From assembly GCF_009914755.1 (NCBI RefSeq), contig NC_060932.1: 64,000 nucleotides of DNA; one strand, written 5' to 3'. Below, in pieces: positions 58,095 through 64,000 of this stretch. Origin of the DNA: the human T2T-CHM13v2.0 reference genome, Homo sapiens. The position numbers and the translations under genes were made by a program. The notes beneath the pieces were generated by a model that was given only the letters and a program-made list of their open reading frames with translations, made no database searches and was not told the origin of the DNA. The first letter of the stretch is position 1; each line of letters opens with the position of its first letter.

Positions 58095-58411
58095 TCTTTT
58101 CTTTTTCTTTTTCTTTTTCTTTTTTAAGACAGGGTCTCACACTGTCATCCAGGTTGGAGTGCAGTGGTGCAATCATGGCTCACTGTAGCCTCGATCTCCT
58201 GGGACTCAAGCAATTCTTCCATCTCAGCCTCCCCAGTAGCTGGGACTATAGGCCTGTGCCAACACACCCGGCTAACTTCTTAAATTTTTTTGTAGAGATG
58301 GGGTCTCACCATGTTGTCCAAGCTGGTCTGGAACTCCTGGGGCTCAAGCGATCCACCCACCTTGGTCTTCCAAAGTGCTAGGATTACAGGCGTGAGCCAC
58401 CGCCCCCAGCC
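58095..58411 (-). mobile_element. AluJ
   Basis: TSD TGTGTTCTTT. Confidence 0.95.
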
Positions 58412-59609
58412 TGTGTTCTTTCCTTAAAGACAGCCTCCCTAATTGTAAAAAAAATTTCAGGCTGCAAAGACCCTGGATATGCCCCTGCAAAGTACTGAAG
58501 GTTAAATAAAAGTGCAGATTTCCAGTGGAGGAGGTAATTTTCTAGAGAGTAGTTCTCCGTGGATATTGAAGTGCTAGGAGGTTGCATTAATCTTCAACAT
58601 GTTGCTTGGGTTGCTCAGAGAGCCAAGAGAGATGAGATGGTCTTGGTTAGCTCAGGCAGAACAAGTAAATTTCAGAGCTATTCACACCCAACTTCAAAGT
58701 GTGTCTATAGTTCCCATGTATGACCAATTCAGTATGCATGATATCTCTTCCCAACATAATATTTGATTAACTCGGCCCAAAATCTTACTCACTGGCTTTT
58801 TCTTTCTTTAAGATTCCATTACTCGCCATCTGCCAGTTCTTAGTTAACATAATTCTTTCTTTGTTAGGGTAAAATATAATAGATTAAATAACAGCTTTCA
58901 AGACTCCACCTTAGTTGCCCTTTAATGAAATCTGACTATTCCCTAATCCCCTCAACTTCATATTCACAGGTCATCTTGTAGGGTGGGTTAATCCTATCAT
59001 CCACTCTACAGATTCACTGTTCCTAGTTTAGTTGTCTGAAAGTCATCTTGTTTCCAGTCTCAGGGTAACCTCACTGTCATCTGCATGCGTTGACTGCATA
59101 CTTAGTGGCAACATGTCATTAACGTCTTGAAACTCTAAGCACAATTTGAAGTTAATAATAGTTATATAATTAAAAATTGGAAACAAGTCTTACAGAGAAC
59201 AGATATGTAAAAGTCTTCTCTCTTTCCTATATTTACTGGGGAAAACTAGAAGGTCTCAAATCCAGATGAAGCACTTTATATTTCATTATACAGACAGCAA
59301 AAGCAGAATAACCACAGACAAGCAGGGCAAGAGAAATATTTTATTCTTCCTCAAGGAACCACTTCAAGTGATATGGATTAATTGTATTGTTAACAATCAC
59401 TGCTTTAGACACAAGGCACATTTAGTGGAGTATGTAAATAGCAACAGTAGAACATTTGCCTTCAAAGAGCTTAAACCTAGCTCAAGAAGCAAAACTTACA
59501 AATGCAACATAATTTTGAACGGTCGTTTAAAAATTATTAATAATTATAAACAATTACTGGAGATAAGCTAGAAAGGTGAAGCCTGAAAGAAGGAAAATAA
59601 TAACAAAAC

Positions 59610-59780
59610 CAACAATGATGACTGCCATTTACTGAAGACCTACTATGAGATGCTCACTAGAGTGGTACTTTTATTTATTATCTACATTTTACAGATGAAG
59701 ACATTGATGTTTGAAAAAAAAAGAAATTGAGGTTTTAAGAGGTTGTAGCCAAGATACAGAGTTATGATTTAAACCATTAC
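59610..59780 (-). mobile_element. MIR (degraded)
   Basis: ccatttactgaagacctactatg...cattttacagatgaagacattga. Confidence 0.65.
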
Positions 59781-60534
59781 TCCCAGCCTGGGCAGGGATT
59801 TGAGGGAAAGCAATCTAGAGCGAATGAAGTGAACGAAGGCACTCAGGAATGACTAGGCTGACTTAGCTCAAGGGCAGTAGAAAGGAAAGAGGTGGGGTAA
59901 ACTGGCAGCTGAGAGGAGGAGGGGGCTGGGGGTCCCAGTAAGCTTAGTCCTCTGGAGCTGGTGTGATAAGCTTGTAGAAAGCTACCATGAGGAGTGGTTA
60001 TCTTGTCATATGGCTTTTTGCAGACCTAGAATCTGAAGACCTAGTGGGAAATGGAATGGTCTTTAAAATTAGTATCAGCACTTACAAGAGTCTACACAGA
60101 TGAAAACCCATCATCTGGGAGGCTGCCTAGACCAACAATAAACAAAAATATAAGCCAGATAGTAAAGTTTGGTATAAGGGCTAGGAGTGCAACAAACAGG
60201 GTGGTAACAGAGTAACTGGGGTGGGGGAACCAAGTTCAGACAGGGAGTTGTATAGACAGGAATAGTGGTCCAACAATGCTCTTTTCAGCCACTCCTAGTC
60301 ACACTAAAATAGCAACTCATGGAGTATTATGTATATATTTCAAATGTATGTATGTATATATTTCAAAATTACATGAAACTACAAAGATGTCTAATATCGT
60401 GTTTGCTTTTGTAAAACTAACTATAAGGAATGTGCCCTTGAAGAATATAAAAAAGTATATAAACTTAATTCAAAGTCTATGATTTTGTAGGGAAGTTTCT
60501 AGTTGGAAGAAAATATTATTTGAAACAGTTTTTT

Positions 60535-61275
60535 AAAATTTTTCCTTTTTTCCTTTTTTTTTTTTTTTTGTAGCTAGGACTACAGGTGCATGCCATGACA
60601 CCCAGCTAATTTTTTGTATTTTTAGTAGATACAGGGTTTCACCATATTGGCCAGGCTGGTCTTGAACTCCCGACCTCAGGTGATCCGCCCACCTCAGCCT
60701 CCCAAAGTGCTGGGATTACCGATGTGAGCCACTGCACCCAGTGTACATTTTTTATTTTAAAAAATACAGAGATAGGGGTCTTGCTATGTTGCCCAGGCTG
60801 CTCTCGAATTACTGGCCTCATACAGTCTTCCCACCTCGGCCACCCAAAGTGCTAGGATTACACTTGTGAGCCACCATGCCCATCTTGAATGCATTTTGAG
60901 AGATATAGAGAATCATAGTTTTATAAGGCAATGTTTTCTCTTTTGGTTTGTCTTTCTTTTCTTTTCTTTTTCTTTTTTTTTTTTTTTTTTTTTGAGACAG
61001 GGTGTCATTCTGTCCTCTGTCACCCAGGCTGGAGTGCAGTGACATGATCACGGCTCACTGCAGCCTTGACCTCCTAGGGTCAAACAATTCTTCCACCTCA
61101 GTCTCCCAAGTAGCTGGAGGCGTGCACCACCATGCCTGGCTAATTTTTTTTTTTTACTTTTTGTAGAGACAGTGTCTTGCCATGTTGACCAGGCTGGCCT
61201 CAAATTCCTGGGTTCAAGTGATCCTCCCGCCTCCCAAAGTGTTGAGATTACAGGTGTGAGCCACTATACCTGGCC
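60535..61275 (-). mobile_element. Antisense Alu cluster (deleted AluS 60535-60740, monomer 60750-60885, AluJ 60945-61275)
   Basis: Alu matches; AluJ TSD AAGGCAATGTTTT. Confidence 0.9.
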
Positions 61276-61310
61276 AAGGCAATGTTTTTATTTCAAAATA
61301 CAGACACACA

Positions 61311-61612
<302 letters not shown>

Positions 61613-61943
61613 ATACAGACACAGAGTTTGAAAACTGCTGGCTTCACTAGAATAATTGTTAGTGGAGGTTGTGTTGTCAAAGAATGATCCCAGGGGTATC
61701 TGAAATTTCTACAAACTCCAGAAAAGTCAGGTGCCCCTACAGCATGTGGCCTGAAAGAAATTATCTTCCCAAAAGCAGAAGTCTCTCAGATGTGTGATAC
61801 TGGGCATCCCCATACTCAGAGAGCACAACACGAAAGGTTATAGTTTTTAAACTCATGAGTAAGTCAACAGGATTTCCTTAATTTTTTCTCTTACTAAAAT
61901 GATAAAAATACAACAGGAAAAAAAATTTATTGAAAGCAGGATT

Positions 61944-62340
<397 letters not shown>

Positions 62341-62436
62341 CTAATTACATTAAATGCTGGACATGCAAGTTGGACAATACATATTCCCTCTTGGGGATTA
62401 GCTTAGTGTAAAAGAGACATAAGAAAAAACAATTAC

Positions 62437-62750
62437 AGGCTGCGTGTGGTAGCTTACACCTGTAATCCAAGCACTTTAGGAGGCCAAGCGGGTGGATCCC
62501 TTGAGCTCAGGAGCTCGAGACCAGCCTGGACAGTATAGCAAAACCCTGTCTCTAAAAAATATACAAAAATTAGCCGGGCATGGTGGCGCGTGCCTGTAAT
62601 CCCAGATACTCGGGAGGCTGAACCACAAGAATCTCTTGAATTCAGGATATTACAGTGAGCTGAGATCAGGCCACTGCACTCCAGCCTGGGCAACAGAGTG
62701 AGGCTCTGTCTCAAAAAAAAAAAAAAAAAAGAAAAGAAAGAAAAAGAAAA
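62437..62750 (+). mobile_element. Alu (J or old S)
   Basis: Dimer with long A tail; AATTACA flanks. Confidence 0.9.
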
Positions 62751-63113
62751 AATTACAATGGTATTTGCACTTGTTTGGTTGTGGATTGTGCAATGAAAAC
62801 AGAGGCCCAAAAGATTCTCTTTTCTCATTGTTGTTGATGTATTTATTAATATGTTCAATTTATTGGATTTTTTAAATAAATGATGAATGCCCTTTAAACA
62901 AGTTCAATGATACAGAGATGTAGAAACAGTTAATAATCTCTATAGAAATCCTTATTACCCTCCAGGCCCAGAGATATGCCACTTATGTCATGAAGCTGTT
63001 CATCCCAGGCTCTTTTGGATGCTTATGACACTTCGTAGCACTCATATGACACTTTAAGTGACATAGGAACTTGGGAACTTTGAGGACAATTGAAAGCATC
63101 AAAGGTATTCAGC

Positions 63114-63402
<289 letters not shown>

Positions 63403-63692
63403 TCAGATCGTGACAAGTAATCCATAAGGTTCACACATGAGAACGTTAAGAGAAAAGAATGGAAAACCAGAGTGGGAGCGTAGGACCTGGAGTTCCAGGT
63501 CAAGGACTCTAGACTCTATTCCATGTGGTGTTTCAGTGGACTATCCACATAAATAAGCACTGCTCTAGAATGGCAATGGTGCATAGCTTTGGAGTAGGCA
63601 GAGCGGAGACTGGGAGAGCTGGAAGGATAGTCAGGAATAAGAGGTCATTGAGGCCTGGGTCCTGGCAGCAGCAATGAAATGAAAAATGATTT

Positions 63693-64000
63693 GACAGCCT
63701 GGGCAATATAGTGAGACCCCTGTCTCTACAGAAAAAAAAATTGACCAGGCACAGTGTCTCAGGCCAGGTGCTCCCAGCACTTTGGGAGGTCAAGGCAGGA
63801 GGATCTCTTGATCCTAGGAATTCAAGACAGGCCTGGGCAACATAGGGAGACCCTGTTTCTAAAAAAAAATTACAAAATAAAAATTAAATTAAAAAAAATT
63901 AGCCAGGAGTGGTAATACCTGCTGTAGTCCCAGCCATTCAGCAGGCTGAGGTGGGAGGACCATTTGAGCCCCTAAGGTCAAGGCTGCAGTGAGCTGTGAT
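63693..64000 (+). mobile_element. AluJ fragments running off the window end
   Basis: Partial monomer followed by AluJ. Confidence 0.85.

Overview
Primate (very probably human) genomic DNA, extremely rich in Alu elements (roughly 70 full or partial copies, AluJ/S/Y plus FLAM/FRAM/FAM monomers). I find no supportable host protein-coding gene, and the window reads as intronic or intergenic. The listed ORFs are Alu read-through or chance ORFs, except for L1 ORF2 remnants. Other repeats: a 2.5-kb 5'-truncated young L1PA (29536-31999, minus strand, clean TSD), a near full-length ancient L1M riddled with Alus (14.5-22.0 kb), further L1/L2/MIR fragments, MLT1/MST LTRs, DNA-transposon relics (MER5, MER53, MER44, MER8, MER3), microsatellites and a U6 snRNA retrocopy. 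The most unusual things visible by eye are (i) several locally templated insertions inside Alus between 40 and 57 kb, the best an 88-bp inverted copy of DNA 1.6 kb away with microhomology at both junctions; (ii) two TSD-bounded, polyadenylated orphan retrocopies of non-L1 transcripts (3984-4673 and 35536-35919); (iii) a four-level nest L1 > AluJ > U6 > Alu; and (iv) repeat-free islands carrying clustered transcription-factor motifs. Subfamily calls and boundaries come from visual recall of consensus sequences and are approximate. I could not identify the locus.
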